DNA from: Cyanidioschyzon merolae
Lineage: Eukaryota
Strand: one strand, 5' to 3'
Assembly: GCA_000091205.1 (NCBI GenBank)
Contig: AP006493.2
DNA length: 64,000 bases
Of the stretch, positions 11,053-23,950 are shown piece after piece. The first letter of the stretch is position 1. Each line of letters starts with the position of its first letter. The notes beneath the pieces were generated by a model. The model did no database searches, was not told the DNA's origin, and saw nothing but the letters and a program-made list of their open reading frames with translations. The position numbers were made by a program, and so were the translations under genes.

Positions 11053-12367
11053 GGCTATCGCGCAACGTCTTTTGCAGCAAGTACGCCAAAACGTTGAACT
11101 TAAGTCGTTCCAGCGGTGATGGCGTGTGCTACTGGGTACCGCCACCGCCGCTGCCGCTGCCGCCTCACACCGATCGACGGCGTGCGTTGCACCGGAGGAT
11201 CAGCGGCACGCGGTGCGGCGAGAGGTCGCCTGGTGGGGATGCGGCGAGCCTCGACGACTGCCTTCGAGACGCATCGCCTGCTGAGCGGCAGCCGCGCTGG
11301 CGCCGCAGTGCGGGATAACCCACGCATAGGTATAAAATGAACATTTATGTATTTTTTGGGTCGAAAGGATACAGCCACTGCGGAGCCCTGATGCGCCACC
11401 TGCACGGAGGCGCCGTGTGCGTGCGATGCACACGTCACCGTGCCAGCGTCGAAGCGAGGTCGCCCTACGAGGCGGACCTGCTACACGGCCGTGCTCGTGC
11501 AAGCTGAAGCGATCGACGATCTGTCTTGCTCACTGATTGGTGGAAAGGCATTGAACACCGCAGGACGCTGCTTTGTAGACCTCGGAGGAACAGGAGAACG
11601 GCGCGTTTTGCTGGATGACTCGGGAACGCGTCGCGCACGCATCACGAAAAGTGGTGCTGGTACGCTGACAGGCACGAAACACACGCGCTCAGTTCCCCAG
11701 TTTGCGTACTGCATGAGCTATTCGCAAGCGGGGTGGTGGGATTTAGCGCTTTTACTGGATGGAATAAACAGCTGTTCGAATACGCATGCCTGCCTATTCA
11801 CATGGTCCGGTTCGGGGCTGCCTGTATCAAAGGTACCCAGGCGCCTGTACACATGCTTCCTGCAAGCAATTACCGTACAGGATCCGGCGTCAGCGGCACA
11901 GCAATGCATGTAAAGGGTGTTTGGTTGCCTCGGTGCCGAGACCAACCCCTGGTCATGGCTACGGTGTTGCCTGGCGTCGGTCTCGCCCCGAGAGCCGTGG
12001 CACCCTAGCAGCGGCTGCGGTATGCCACGGACAACACACCTGCGTAACAGAATCAGAGCGCTAACTCTTCACAGATTCGCATCTGTAACGCGGATACCGA
12101 TCACAATCCGACACAACTGTATAAAGGAATGCGTTGCGTCGGGCTTCTCGCACGGCAGGTTTGCGCCGGTGCATAGCGTGCACCGGGCATCGACACCGGA
12201 CCCACAGCGCCTCGGCACGCCACTGCACTTGCCACGAGCACTCGCGATGCTGGCACAGCGCTCGTGCGGGCAATCTCACATGAACTGCACGGGGTTGGCG
12301 ACTCGCCTGGCAGCGCGTCTTTCCTTGAACCGCCAGTTCGTCAACAACAATCCCAGACAAGACACGG

Positions 12368-13774
12368 TCAGCGTGTCCAGTACTGGGGACCGTAAATCGC
12401 GAGCCCCAGCGTCAGACAGATCGTCACACTGATACCTGCGTATGCGTAAGCGTACTCAATGTTTCGCTCGCGGTAGAGCTCGCCTACAAAAGTCGATACT
12501 GTACTCAGGCAGCCATTGAACCCGAGGACGAACGCTTTCATCATGACGACGACCCAAAAAGAGCTCACCCGCAAGAGTACACCATCTGCAACCGCATCAA
12601 AGCAACAAGCCAGCACATTTGCGGCAAGCGTCCCGAGCGGGAGCCACGGATGTCGCCCATTGAGATGCACCGAGAGTTGCCATCGTAGGATCACGCCGAA
12701 CGGTGCAAAAATGCACGCCATCCAGTAAGATTTGCGGGTCTGGTCGGGATCCAAGCCAACACCGACAGCTGCTAAGGTCAGCAGGATTGCACTCAGGACA
12801 CCGCATATCACAAAAGCATAGAAACGTCGGCGGTGGTATGCAATATCCTCATGGGATCCGATGGGGATCTTGGGGCGACGACGGCCCCAACGATCGTGGC
12901 CACCGGTGAGCGCCGCTGCTGCGCGAGCGACCTCATCCACAGCCGACAGCGAGCGTCGCGGTTGCCTTGCCCGCGAGCGCAGCTCCCGATATCGGAGGTA
13001 GAGTTGGGCAAGCTCCTCGTCTCGACGGGCGTAGACATGCGATATGAGGAAAAATCGAATGGATCGTTCAGTGTGCAAACCGAGCGTGAACGAGAAGATC
13101 GGGATCTCCAGCCCAATGACCAGAGCGAATAGCGCGCGGAGCCACTGATTCGATGGGCTCTTGCCGCGTGCAAACATCGCAACTAGCTGCTGATTCCAGC
13201 TCGAAAACGTTGTTAGGGAACCGCAGAGACCTGTCGCCAGTCCAGTATGTATGTACGGCATGTGCGGTTGGAAAGCATCATCGCTACCAATCAAAAAGCC
13301 TATGAGAAACGAGCCCAGCGCATTCGGTGGTAGCACTTTGAAAACCGCGCTGTATTCAGAGGTCACTGCCCCGACCGAGGGCCCGAACACGAGGTCGAGT
13401 CCGGTGCGGGCGAGCGTTCCTCCGATGCCGAAGAGAGCCATATGAAAAACGTCGTTCAGGAGGAACGCGAACTTGCTTCCCAGGAAACCGGTGTTATACG
13501 GGTTGTGCACCTCTGCGCGGGAGGCAACGTTCTGCTGGGTGCTCACGCGTTTCGCCAACGAAACCCGCGGCGAAGGTGCACCGCCTTCGTCTCCCTCGGG
13601 CCCTACGAGACCATTCTCCAAGTTTGATAAGCCATTGGAATCAACCGCGCCCAATTCATCTGGCGCCACTGGAAAAGCTCTCAAGAAGCTCTTTTCTGCG
13701 AACACTCGTTCGAGCGAAGCCGGGCCCGACTCGTCCGGGGTCATGGAAAAATCACAGCCACGAGGGCGCTTCAC
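12368..13774 (-). CDS. FEX: Fluoride export protein FEX / CrcB family, the eukaryotic two-repeat CrcB fluoride channel.
   Basis: The 468-aa polytopic membrane protein has two CrcB-like repeats (GTLARTGLDLVFG, GLATGLCGSLTTFSSW, GFNGCLSTVSTFVGE). This matches the duplicated CrcB architecture of eukaryotic FEX. Confidence 0.75.
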   Translation of the reverse strand: MKRPRGCDFSMTPDESGPASLERVFAEKSFLRAFPVAPDELGAVDSNGLSNLENGLVGPEGDEGGAPSPRVSLAKRVSTQQNVASRAEVHNPYNTGFLGSKFAFLLNDVFHMALFGIGGTLARTGLDLVFGPSVGAVTSEYSAVFKVLPPNALGSFLIGFLIGSDDAFQPHMPYIHTGLATGLCGSLTTFSSWNQQLVAMFARGKSPSNQWLRALFALVIGLEIPIFSFTLGLHTERSIRFFLISHVYARRDEELAQLYLRYRELRSRARQPRRSLSAVDEVARAAAALTGGHDRWGRRRPKIPIGSHEDIAYHRRRFYAFVICGVLSAILLTLAAVGVGLDPDQTRKSYWMACIFAPFGVILRWQLSVHLNGRHPWLPLGTLAANVLACCFDAVADGVLLRVSSFWVVVMMKAFVLGFNGCLSTVSTFVGELYRERNIEYAYAYAGISVTICLTLGLAIYGPQYWTR

Positions 13775-15161
13775 TTATCCGTTCGTTCCCGAGGACGAGT
13801 CAGACTAGAATAAACCACCAACACCTGGTGTCGCGGAAACGGTGGTCAAATGAATGGAACGTCGTCGCACTCGTTTCTGTCGCTTCCGCGAAAATGCAAC
13901 CGAGTATCCGGTTTGTGGAGTACTGGCTTCGTGTACCTGCGGCCGGGACGTCGTGGCACGCGACTGCTCTGGATGCCTATCCATCCGCTGAAGAATATGG
14001 TTTCCAGTATGTGTGCTTGTTAGTAGGAGGAGGATGCGTACCTAAAATGGCGAGTGCAGGCGATTCGCATCGAAAAAGGGACCAGACTCCTAGAATGTGT
14101 TTGTCTTTGGGAGTTTGCGTGCGTCCGAAGGGGTACGTCTCCGGGTGACGCTATCACAAGGACAAGTGCTGGAGCGGTTGCTTGCCCCCGGGTGGTCGTT
14201 ACCTGCGTTTGGTTGTGCGTGCTCGTGATCAACGTGCCTGGGGATAAACGTCAGCGGGGTATGTGCAAGCAGCTGACGCAGGACCTGCAATGGTATACCT
14301 GCAGGATACCTTGCGGGTGCGTGAGCTGTCTGCGTGCTTGCCCCGGGCAAACCAGCTAATGGACGCGTCGTCTTGGGCACTAGTGCGTGCCGCACTGCGG
14401 AACTGGCTGAGCTCTGAACGCACTTGAGCTTACGTCACGTATTGATTTTAGGAAATGTTTTCGCAAAAGCGCCTTGCACTCCGCACACCCGCAAAACGAT
14501 CACCGGCGTGCGTGATGCGCGTTCGGCAAGCGGGTTCACTTTAGCAGCTCGCGTTCGCCGAGGTACCTGTTTGGCTGGGAAACGCATACTCGACGGATTC
14601 TTCCCAGACAGGTTCGCAGCTCGGCAAGATTAACGGACATCTTTTAAGCGCTGAACTGTGCGGATACGAGCGCAGCATTGCACGACGCTCGTTCCGGTAC
14701 TTGCCAGTTCAGCGTTTCGCTTGGTGTCGACAGGCTTCCGAACGCACCACAAGCCTCGTTTCCAAGACGGAGGCTTGTGGAGGCAATGAATTCGCTGTGC
14801 GAACGTCTTGCTGCAAACCGACTGTCCAGACATGATCCATGTAGTGAGGATGCGTTCAAGGAGCAGGCCGTATGCGCCCGAGCATGCCGTCGCGTGCACC
14901 GACGAGCGCGTTCATCAAAGCCTCGCGTCCACGGAGGAAGACCATCGCTCGTATTTACTGACGGACTGCGTATTGGCATCTCGAGTAGTTTTGCCGTTCA
15001 CGGCCATTGAATGTTCACCATGACATCTCCGTCAGTCGACATTCGATGCTCGACGGAGGCGATTGCCGGGACGGGTTCACTCGGGATGCGAGTGGCGGCG
15101 CGTTCGTCTTGGCAAGAACGATACCTTGAGGCAGGAAATATGAACTTACCCAACGCTTTAC

Positions 15162-17594
15162 CTAAAATTCGTCCCAGAATGTCATGAGCGCCTCGGCCAA
15201 CCGGTAGTACGTCTCGCGAAGATGCCGGAGTTGGCGGCCGACATGCCGTGCTCCGCGCACGTGCTCGTCGTACACCCGGGGATCAATGCCGGACTTGTTC
15301 GTGGCCCGCAAAACTGCGTTATGCTCCGCCAAGCGTGTGTGTCGCACTTGGATCTGCTGAAACACATTCTGCATGGCGAGCAGACACACACGAACGACGT
15401 TGCGCTGGATCGCATCAAGGTCGACGTGCCAGCCGCCTTCGAGATCCAGCCAAGATGCACCGGTTGGCGTGTCGCTCTGTGTCATGGAGTTTCGGTAGCT
15501 GTCCTCGAGGTCAGGTGCGTATGCACCATCTGGAGACAAACACAGTGTCGACGTTGGGTCTGGGGATCCAGAATCTAACGCGCTCGGCGTTACGTCGATA
15601 CCTGAACGTGAAGAAGCGAATCCAGGTCCGATCGCACGCTCCGTTTTCTGCCTGAGCTCCAAGTCCGGCTCATGATCTGCAGCAGACGACTGAGCTCCGT
15701 TACGCCAAGAGCCGGGAAACGGTTCTCGTGGCAGAGAGATTGGTACCGCGGTTACAGCACTGGTTAGGTGGTCTCCGAGGGAAATCCAGCCGTCCTGAAA
15801 AAGATAAAAAAGATAAGCTCGAACTGCGCGTGCCGGTAGAAGCGCGTGCTCCTCGCATGACCTGGTGGATAGAGGCCCGTACTCCAAGACCATCCGCCAT
15901 ACGCGATGCAAGTACAGATCGCCCATGGCCAAGAGCATGCCTTCCAGCACGTGTGTGCGATACTGGTCGAGGATGTATGCGTACGCAGGTGCGTACAGCT
16001 TTGTACCGTGCCGTTCGTGAATCGTCAGAAAGCCGACGCGATCGTCGGCGAGCTCTTCCAGTATGCGTTCAGCATCGAGCGCGCTCACTGTTTCCATGCA
16101 TTGATCACTGGGAAAACGATAGCGATATCGGATCACATAGAGGATCTGATCGAGAGAGAAGCCCTTCTGCGCACCAGCCAGACTTGTCAGCGACGGATCC
16201 GAGCATCGGGCTGGCAATACGTGCACAAGTGAACCATGCTGTACAACTCGCCGCAGATAAAGCATTGCATTCAACAGCACTGCTGTACGCTGTACCATGA
16301 GCCGATGCGGCATCGACGTTGCCGCGTCACCAGCATGACTGTCGTCGCAGCTGTGAAGCTGCTCTGCGGCCCAGGCCGCCATATGGATATCGCGGATCGC
16401 GTCCCGTATGAAACGTTCATTCACGCGCAGGTACGTCCCCAGGGCAAGCATCGTGCTTTCGCCCTTCTGACTGGAGTCCGCTGTCTCTGGAGCGGGTGCT
16501 GGTGCGGCTTGCATCTCCCTATTGCTCACCGATGGCTGTGGCGTTGCGGCGTATGGCTGATCCACCGCTTCGTCATCAGCACCTGTATCCAGTTTCCGTA
16601 ATCGTAAGCGCCGTCGTGCTCGCAACCTCGTTTGGGGCTCATGATCGGCGCTTTGCGGTGATGGCTTTTCATCGTTTGCAGCAGAGCGATTCGCCAACAA
16701 CGCAGGTGCAGGTACCTGTCTTGTCGAGTCTATTTCGCTCAGCGTGCACGCTTCCTGATCCATCGTGTCTCCCGGTTTGGAGTGCTCGCGAGCTTCGGGA
16801 TGCTCATCATCGAGCTCTAGACTGAGAAGCTCGGCGAGCACGCGTCTGGCTGTGCACTGCTCCAGGAGACCGATTCCGACCAGCCGCTGAAGCGTGCTCC
16901 TGATAAGCTTCGATTGGTTGTCGCTATCTGGCGTAGCGGTGAGCAGCCAGTCCATGGGCACTTTTCTAAACGGTGTCAGATAGTTGCACAAGCTCACTAT
17001 TGTGCTGGTTTCTAGTTGCGTTTCATGATGATCGGCGCGTGGACTCGGGAGGATCGTCTCTCCTGCGTCATTTGAATGCAGCACCAAGTCCTGGTCCTTC
17101 CGCCAGTGCCTACAATGAAGCTCGGTGATGTAGCGCTGGAGAAACGGAAAGCCGTAGAGCCATAGCGCTCCACGCCTCGAAAGCGTGTACTGGCACGAGG
17201 CGGGTGCCTGATCCAGTCGGCTGTATGAGTACTGCACAACGCCGCGCTCGAGGAGCTTCACCAAAGCCACACGCAAAGATGTTCGAAGCTTTGAGTGGCT
17301 AAGTAAGTGTGCGTTTGAGCAGCGTGCACTCGTACGTAGCTGCTTTCGGAGAGAGCGCTCGAGCTCTCGCAAGCTCGCCGACGAGCGACAACTCAGACAT
17401 CGAACGACCGCTGCAGCGACAGGTCCAAGTAGGTGCTCCACTACCAGCACGTTCAGCGCATCTAGTTCACGCCACATTCGCACCGAGCCTGCTTCGCAGG
17501 ACGAGCACAGCGCGAATTGTAGGAAGCAGCCACTTGTCCGGAGGAACCATACGGGGAGACCTCGAAAGCTCGGCGTTCCGCGGCCGACGGCCAC
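15162..17594 (-). CDS. Hypothetical protein of 810 aa. The N-terminus faintly resembles the RNA polymerase III RPC82/C3 winged-helix region.
   Basis: The open frame is long and non-repetitive. The N-terminal segment VVEHLLGPVAAAVVRCLS...LVKLLERGVVQYSY loosely resembles the RPC82 N-terminus. There is no stronger motif, so the product call is speculative. Confidence 0.5.
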   Translation of the reverse strand: MAVGRGTPSFRGLPVWFLRTSGCFLQFALCSSCEAGSVRMWRELDALNVLVVEHLLGPVAAAVVRCLSCRSSASLRELERSLRKQLRTSARCSNAHLLSHSKLRTSLRVALVKLLERGVVQYSYSRLDQAPASCQYTLSRRGALWLYGFPFLQRYITELHCRHWRKDQDLVLHSNDAGETILPSPRADHHETQLETSTIVSLCNYLTPFRKVPMDWLLTATPDSDNQSKLIRSTLQRLVGIGLLEQCTARRVLAELLSLELDDEHPEAREHSKPGDTMDQEACTLSEIDSTRQVPAPALLANRSAANDEKPSPQSADHEPQTRLRARRRLRLRKLDTGADDEAVDQPYAATPQPSVSNREMQAAPAPAPETADSSQKGESTMLALGTYLRVNERFIRDAIRDIHMAAWAAEQLHSCDDSHAGDAATSMPHRLMVQRTAVLLNAMLYLRRVVQHGSLVHVLPARCSDPSLTSLAGAQKGFSLDQILYVIRYRYRFPSDQCMETVSALDAERILEELADDRVGFLTIHERHGTKLYAPAYAYILDQYRTHVLEGMLLAMGDLYLHRVWRMVLEYGPLSTRSCEEHALLPARAVRAYLFYLFQDGWISLGDHLTSAVTAVPISLPREPFPGSWRNGAQSSAADHEPDLELRQKTERAIGPGFASSRSGIDVTPSALDSGSPDPTSTLCLSPDGAYAPDLEDSYRNSMTQSDTPTGASWLDLEGGWHVDLDAIQRNVVRVCLLAMQNVFQQIQVRHTRLAEHNAVLRATNKSGIDPRVYDEHVRGARHVGRQLRHLRETYYRLAEALMTFWDEF

Positions 17595-17921
17595 CGGAGT
17601 CGGCGAGGCCGGATGCCCGTCGTCACGACGTTATGTTCGTTTCGTAAGAAGCACCACGCACCGACGCGCTAGTGACTTTCAGTACCTCGACTTGGAATGG
17701 TATCCGATCGTCTGATCCTTTCTACAGCAACGAAGCAGTCAAGCTGAAAGTCCGAGTTGCGAGCTTGCGGAACGGCTGGCGTTCGCGTGAGAAACGCCCA
17801 TCACTCGCTGCGTGTAGACGGTGAAGCAACGAACGCCAGCGCTGCCTCGCTACAGCTCATTCGGGCTACCTCGCAAGGCAAAGCTTATTTGTGCGCGCAA
17901 AGGCGCCTTTGGTGCTCGTAT

Positions 17922-19349
17922 TTATTCGAAAAATGCTAGCGGACTGGAGCCGTTCTGGGTCTCCTTAGCCAAAGCAGCCGAGTACTCGTAGATAATAGTG
18001 ACGGCCAAAAGGATACCGGTACCGCTGCCGATGGCACCGGTTAGGTCCGCCACCACTGTGAGTAAGCCAACTAGAACACCGCCAAACGCAGCCGCAACTG
18101 GAATATAGCGGTTCAGTTCCTTCACGAGCGAGGTGTCACGGTGCCCTTTGATGGTCAACTCTTGATCGCGCAGCTGCTTTGCAACGTCGCGAGCGCTCTT
18201 GCCCGATACCTCGATATAGAGATACGACATGATCGCACACGAGACCAGCATGAAAACAACGTAGCATAGCGCACGAACCGGATCCACCAGCATATCTCCC
18301 AGGTTGCGCGGCTTGCTGATGTAGTACGCGAGGCCACCAATTGGCACAAACTGGCCGGTATCGCGATACTGTGCCCATTTCCCAAATACCTGCACAATGA
18401 ACATGTTAGGGTATCGCTTCCAAAGAATTTGCGAGAAGAAGTACAGGTTCGTTACCAGCGTCGACTGCAAAATGATTGGCGTATTGCTTGTGTAGAAAAG
18501 CTGGATGGGGTACGACGAGACGTGTCCGCGAACTTTCACCGACTTGATAGGTAAATCGATCCGCAGTCCCTGCAGGTAGATAACAACCATGAACACCACC
18601 ACCGTCGCCAGTAGGTTGCTGAGGTTCGGTAGCTCCTGGCGATAGAACGCCTCGTAGAGTGCGCGGGTCTTGTCCGTGCGCGTCAGCAGCAAATGAAAGA
18701 GGGCGATGATAGCGCCCTCGAACTCCAAACCACGACCGATGTTGATCGTCATCGGCGAGAACGCAGACCACACAATCGTCTCCGCTATATTCGTTGCGAT
18801 GAAGAGACTAATTCCCGAGCCCAGCCCATACCCTTTCTGCAAGAGTTCGTCCAAAAGCATCACGACAACGCTAGCGCAGAAGAGCTGCCCAATGAGAAGC
18901 GCTGCCCGCACGTGGCCCAGCGAAGATACCGGACCATACATTCCCGAGTATACATAGACGATCGCTTCAAAGAGTGCGAAACATATTCCAACCAGCTTCT
19001 GAGCAGCTTCAAAGAGCATACGATCGAGCTTGTTCGAGTAGTCTACCTCGATGATACGCGCGCCCGCTAGCAGTTGTATGATCATGCCCGAAGTCACGAT
19101 CGGCGAAAAACCGAGCTCCATAATGGTGCCTCTCGAACTCGCACCCAATACCAAACGCATCAAGTAAAACGGATCAGAGCCCCCAGTGTTCAAAAAGCCG
19201 TACAGAGGTATCTGGCAGGCGATCAGGTAAACGGCGAGTGCCACGAGACTCCATATGAGCCGCTCCTTGATAGGCACCCGTCGCGCTGGTGTTTGTACTT
19301 CCGGTAAATACGGAAGAAAAGGGCGAACCAAGTCCAAAACTCTGGTCAT
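17922..19349 (-). CDS. SEC61A: Protein transport protein Sec61 alpha subunit (ER translocon).
   Basis: The translation is collinear with Sec61alpha along its whole length ([37 protein letters not shown]...[26 protein letters not shown]). It is 475 aa in a single exon. Confidence 0.92.
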   Translation of the reverse strand: MTRVLDLVRPFLPYLPEVQTPARRVPIKERLIWSLVALAVYLIACQIPLYGFLNTGGSDPFYLMRLVLGASSRGTIMELGFSPIVTSGMIIQLLAGARIIEVDYSNKLDRMLFEAAQKLVGICFALFEAIVYVYSGMYGPVSSLGHVRAALLIGQLFCASVVVMLLDELLQKGYGLGSGISLFIATNIAETIVWSAFSPMTINIGRGLEFEGAIIALFHLLLTRTDKTRALYEAFYRQELPNLSNLLATVVVFMVVIYLQGLRIDLPIKSVKVRGHVSSYPIQLFYTSNTPIILQSTLVTNLYFFSQILWKRYPNMFIVQVFGKWAQYRDTGQFVPIGGLAYYISKPRNLGDMLVDPVRALCYVVFMLVSCAIMSYLYIEVSGKSARDVAKQLRDQELTIKGHRDTSLVKELNRYIPVAAAFGGVLVGLLTVVADLTGAIGSGTGILLAVTIIYEYSAALAKETQNGSSPLAFFE

Positions 19350-19615
19350 TGTCGGTTTCCGTCGATAGCGTCTCCGAGCCTACAAAGTACGACCAAGTTG
19401 GTGACAAAAACTGGAACCCCCGTTACAACAGCGAACCTGTCTCCTTGACCCCAGACAAGTTCCAGACGACGCTTTTGACGGAGACTTGTTGCAGAGCGTA
19501 TAGCCTGGCGGAAACCTTCACCTCCCAGATGAGACACTCTAACGCACAACTTGCGCGAAACAGTTGTCTCTGAGCAGTCTGACTCGTACCATGATGTAGA
19601 TGAGGATTCGAGTAC

Positions 19616-19665
19616 GCGCCGCCACCGCCGCCGCCACCGCCGCCGCCGCCGCCGCCGCCGAAACG
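19616..19665. repeat. (GCC)n / (CCG)n trinucleotide microsatellite of about 16 units.
   Basis: The sequence reads cgccgccaccgccgccgccaccgccgccgccgccgccgccg. It lies about 270 bp upstream of the Sec61 start codon, on the opposite strand. Confidence 0.9.
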
Positions 19666-22600
19666 GTCGGTGCGTCAACGCATCGAGGCGGGGTGACGCT
19701 GGCGCGCCGTGCCGACTCACGTCATCTAGGGGCGATTCGCAAGCATGAGACTGACTCCCTCAGAGGCAGCGTGTGGAGGCGATGAGGTTAACCTGCCCTG
19801 GCGTCCGCGAAGGTCACGTTGTTCTCTCGAACCCCGATGGGATGAGCGATCCCGTACCGCAGAAAAGGGCTAGGTATTTCTCGTTGCAGCAGAGCCGCTT
19901 GATGAGCGGTGAAATCCACAAGCAGGGTGCGCGTCGGACACGGGGAGAGACGGTGAGGGAAACGCTCCCGAGTGTTTTCGGGAGACGCACTGATACGCGA
20001 TCCTTCGATGCTTGAGCAGCGACAGTGAAACCTGGTGGGAATTGCGTTTTCCAGATACAGCATCTGTCAGCAGCATGGCACCTGCAAAGCATGTGTGCGT
20101 TTTCTCTGCTTCTGGTGGAGATCGCATTACGCGACGCGTCCCATACGCCGCACCATTGCCGATGCGTGCTGATGCGTTGACGTGCTGCGTGCCGGCGCGT
20201 GACGCATGTTGACTTTCCCGCCTAACTGAGCGTTCCTCTCAGGAATGCTGCTGTGAAGATGAAGAACGGTGTCTCAGTGATGTCTTGTTCCCTTGATGAT
20301 AGTGGCTCAGACGGGGCGCTGCGGCAGTCGATACGGAGAGGGGCGTCCCCGTCTAGGAACGGCAAGCGTCCGATGACCCGTTTCTGTGCAGTCATAGAAA
20401 GTCATGGAAAATTCGTATCATTTACCAGTTCCCGTGAAAATCGTTGACACTACACAGACACAGCGTTTCATCTTTGCGTAATTGCTAAACTTTCTGTAAC
20501 TGTGCCTTGTTCTCTGCGGCAATTTTTTTAAATTGACAAAACGTTTACATCGGCCAGCGTTCTCCGATTATGCGCGTTTTCCTTTCTTTTTGGGGTTTTT
20601 CAGTGCGCGGCAAAGTATCCATCAAACTCCCTACTTCCAAGTTACATAACCTATGCTTCTTCTGGGATATTCTGGTCATTCCATACGTTCTATCGTGTGT
20701 GCCTACTGCCTGCCGAAAGCGACAGCAATGGCGCCTGTAGCGCCGGTGCGGTCGCTGCACGGAGACAGAACGGCGTTGCCGTACCACACAGAGAGGGCAT
20801 CGGCTCGCGGTTCTGTCCGGGAATGCAATGCCGTGTGTGTCGCGGTCACTGATTCCCTTTCATTGCAAGTCTTTGGTACTTCGGCACAACGCTCACGCTG
20901 AGAATTAGACGATGCTCTGGAAAGCTGACTCGATTCGTAGCCGCTGAACGCTCGGGGCCACGAGAATCTACCAGATGTCAATTGAGACGTTCGCGTTTCA
21001 GTGCGGAACGTGCATGCGCGCAATATCGTGGACGCAATCACACGACAGCAGGCCGCTCGCCCCCGGTGGCGTCGCCAGTCGACGTTCGGTCAGCTTGTCG
21101 TACACCATCGCATACATCAGAATCTGTTTCACGCAATTGTTCTCTATGTGTTTCAGCGCGCATCCGTGCTCGTGATTCGTACATGTAAAATTGAACTCTT
21201 CCATGGGCATTTCACAGTGTTTATTTACGTCTTTCGTGGGACGCTGTCGCTGGAGAACGCTTGCAGCTTGTGCGCAACACAGCAGCACGCGCACCCGCCG
21301 TTGGCTACCACCCATCGCAGCGAACGATTCGTCATTTCCTTTTTTGCAACTCCTTGAACAAGCTGTAGAGTCCAAGCTTCCCGCCTCTGTATGAACAGAA
21401 CTATTGGCGGCGCCAGCGCGGTCTCATGCGCTCTCTGGGGCATCGCATCGTGTGCATAAGTACTCGCGTTTCTGGGACAACTAGCTGAGGCAAGAACGCC
21501 CACAGAAAGCGCGCCAAGAAGCACTCGCCATTTGCCCACACGGTCTCGCTCGTTGGGGCTGGTTTGAAATTTTTCTGGGCATCGTAGCTGTAGATACCCG
21601 AATCACTGACGTGCCGCGGAGACTCGTCCCCGGATTCTAAGAGGCGTCTGTGCACACCTCCGATCCAACGATTAGGCCGAAGTGCATCTTCGGCATCGGA
21701 CATTTGTTGTATTGCCGCTTACAGATTGGATTGAATCGTTTCAATGGAAAGTGGACAAATGGTAGCCCTGCGTCGGTGACTCCTATAAACGGGTGCTCGA
21801 CGAGATGCGTCAAAGCGAGAAAAGGGTGGCGAAGGTATACAACGACTCGTCTGAGAACAGTTTGAAAAACAGCTTCTGTGACCGGGATTCGAACAACTTC
21901 TCCATGCATCCGCGAACGTTAAAATCGAGTTCGACTACAGAGAAGATGCGTTCTACTGGATGAAACCAGTGAGCATAGGCTGACACGAGGAACAGCTCAA
22001 CGCCAACCTCAGTTGCGTAGACTTGTTCCTGAGCCTTTGCGTTGCAGAAAGCAGCTCTGTCTAAGAGCAGGCCAGAAGAATGAGATAAGGAGAAGTCACC
22101 GTGACTGCAGCGATGAGGCATGAGCTGTTGAACGACCGTGTCGATTTGGCGATTTCGAGCCAGCTCCAAGATTCAATTGCCGCGAGTGGTGGTGTCTTTC
22201 GGAATACTCGCTGATCTCTTCTCTCCGAATAAAAATTCGCCCATCGTTGAGTATCCATATGCAGGTCTAGCATTTCTCCTCAACAAAATCTCATCCAGTG
22301 CGACAAACACCTAGCTCTCGTGTAATGAGCGTTCGCATGGCAGTATGGAATCCATTGGTCGTTGGTCAGCGAACATCTATCTGTCAATGAAGCACACGGT
22401 TTTCTTTGACCATCCAATGCTCTTCATCGTCGTTCGAATCAAAGGCACGGAAACTTCACATCCCGTCACGTCTTTGATAGTACTTCATAGGAAACGTATG
22501 GAGTGGAATGGATTACCCAGGAGACAGTCGTGGAGATAGACGATGATGAATTTTGTTCAGGGTGCACTAGGTTCCGGGAAAAGACTACGAATCAGTGATT

Positions 22601-23431
22601 CATGAAAATACTGACCGTCGACAGACTGACCGACAGATTACGCTATGATTTCCATTGCATTGAGGACAACATCAAGTATTTCCGCCATGGTACGCGAATC
22701 TAAAGAAGGTATTCCTTTGATGGAATACAAGCGAGAAAAACAAACAATACCAAAATGGGACTACTGGCGCAAATATTCCAAGATATGCTGCTCTGCCTAG
22801 AACGGTTTCGCGTCACCATTATTCCCGGGGAGGCAATTATTGTTGCACCACGCGTACGCGACAGGCACATCTCGACCTGCTCGTTGACGCTGTCTCATGC
22901 ACGGCTACGGCTCAATGCAAGCCTCGCTGGATCCTGATTAGTGAGTCGGAGCATGTACTGCTTGCGATATGAAGCGTGCTCCAAGGAATTTGGACGACAG
23001 GGTTATAATGTTCGCCATGAACATCTCTATTTTTCCTCGGTTACCTATAAGCAGCGTATACTTTGGCTGATCGCGTCCGCTACTGGTAAACGCACGAAGA
23101 AAAGCCAGCGTTCTTTACGATCGCGGGTGCGCCAGCGCTGTGCGACCCGTGCGCGCGCTCGAGGAACGCGCTGCAGTGCGATGGCTTTGCTTATGCATGT
23201 TGAGGCTGCTCTACCAACGCCACTGTTTCGCACGCTTATACAGCAGAAAGCGGTACTGAAAGTGGAATCGTGCTCTCTAATCAATTCGAGGCTCCACTTT
23301 CAGTGTAATCATACATAGGGAAACGTTCGCTGTATCTTGACTCGTGTCAGGTCGAAGCGTCTGTCCGTTCGAGTTGCGACTCCGGATAACAGCGCGCTAT
23401 AGCCACGCGAGTAGCCGCTGTTTCCGCTGAA

Positions 23432-23950
23432 ATGTCCTCGCTGGCTTTGACACGTCTACAGCAGGAGCGGAAGAACTGGCGCAAAGATCGACCATTTGGT
23501 TTCTCGGCGAAACCTGTCGTCACGGAGAACGGCCAACTGAACCTGCTCCACTGGTCGTGCACGATCCCGGGGCCTGCTGGGACGCCTTACGAAGGCGGAC
23601 TCTTCCGACTCGATATGTTCTTTCCACCGGAATATCCAGGAAAGCCGCCCTTGTGCAAGTTCATTCCACCGCTTTTCCACCCGAACGTGTTCCCCTCTGG
23701 TACAGTTTGTTTGTCGATCCTGAACGAGCAAAAGGGCTGGAGACCTTCGATTTCCGTGAAAGCGATTCTGCTGGGGATTTACGAGTTGCTCAAGGAGCCG
23801 AACCCTGCAGACCCCGCCGCTGAGGAGCCGTACAAGTTATTCGTGCGTAACAGAGCGGGTTTTGATGCCCGAGTCCGTCAAGAGGTGGCTCGCTTGAACG
23901 TTCTCGCGGACGCCCAAGTATGCATAGCAGAGAAGCCCGCTGCCCCGTAA
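23432..23950 (+). CDS. UBC9: SUMO-conjugating enzyme UBC9 (E2).
   Basis: The translation reads [28 protein letters not shown]...[47 protein letters not shown]. It shows the UBC fold with the HPN motif and the catalytic Cys, and the UBC9-specific N-terminus. Confidence 0.92.
   Translation: MSSLALTRLQQERKNWRKDRPFGFSAKPVVTENGQLNLLHWSCTIPGPAGTPYEGGLFRLDMFFPPEYPGKPPLCKFIPPLFHPNVFPSGTVCLSILNEQKGWRPSISVKAILLGIYELLKEPNPADPAAEEPYKLFVRNRAGFDARVRQEVARLNVLADAQVCIAEKPAAP

Noticed and set aside
22425-22450. tRNA-like T-loop GTTCGAATC inside the short repeat at 22.4 kb.
   Set aside because: The flanking bases cannot form the 5-bp T-stem (atcgtc versus aaaggc). No acceptor or anticodon arm is discernible.
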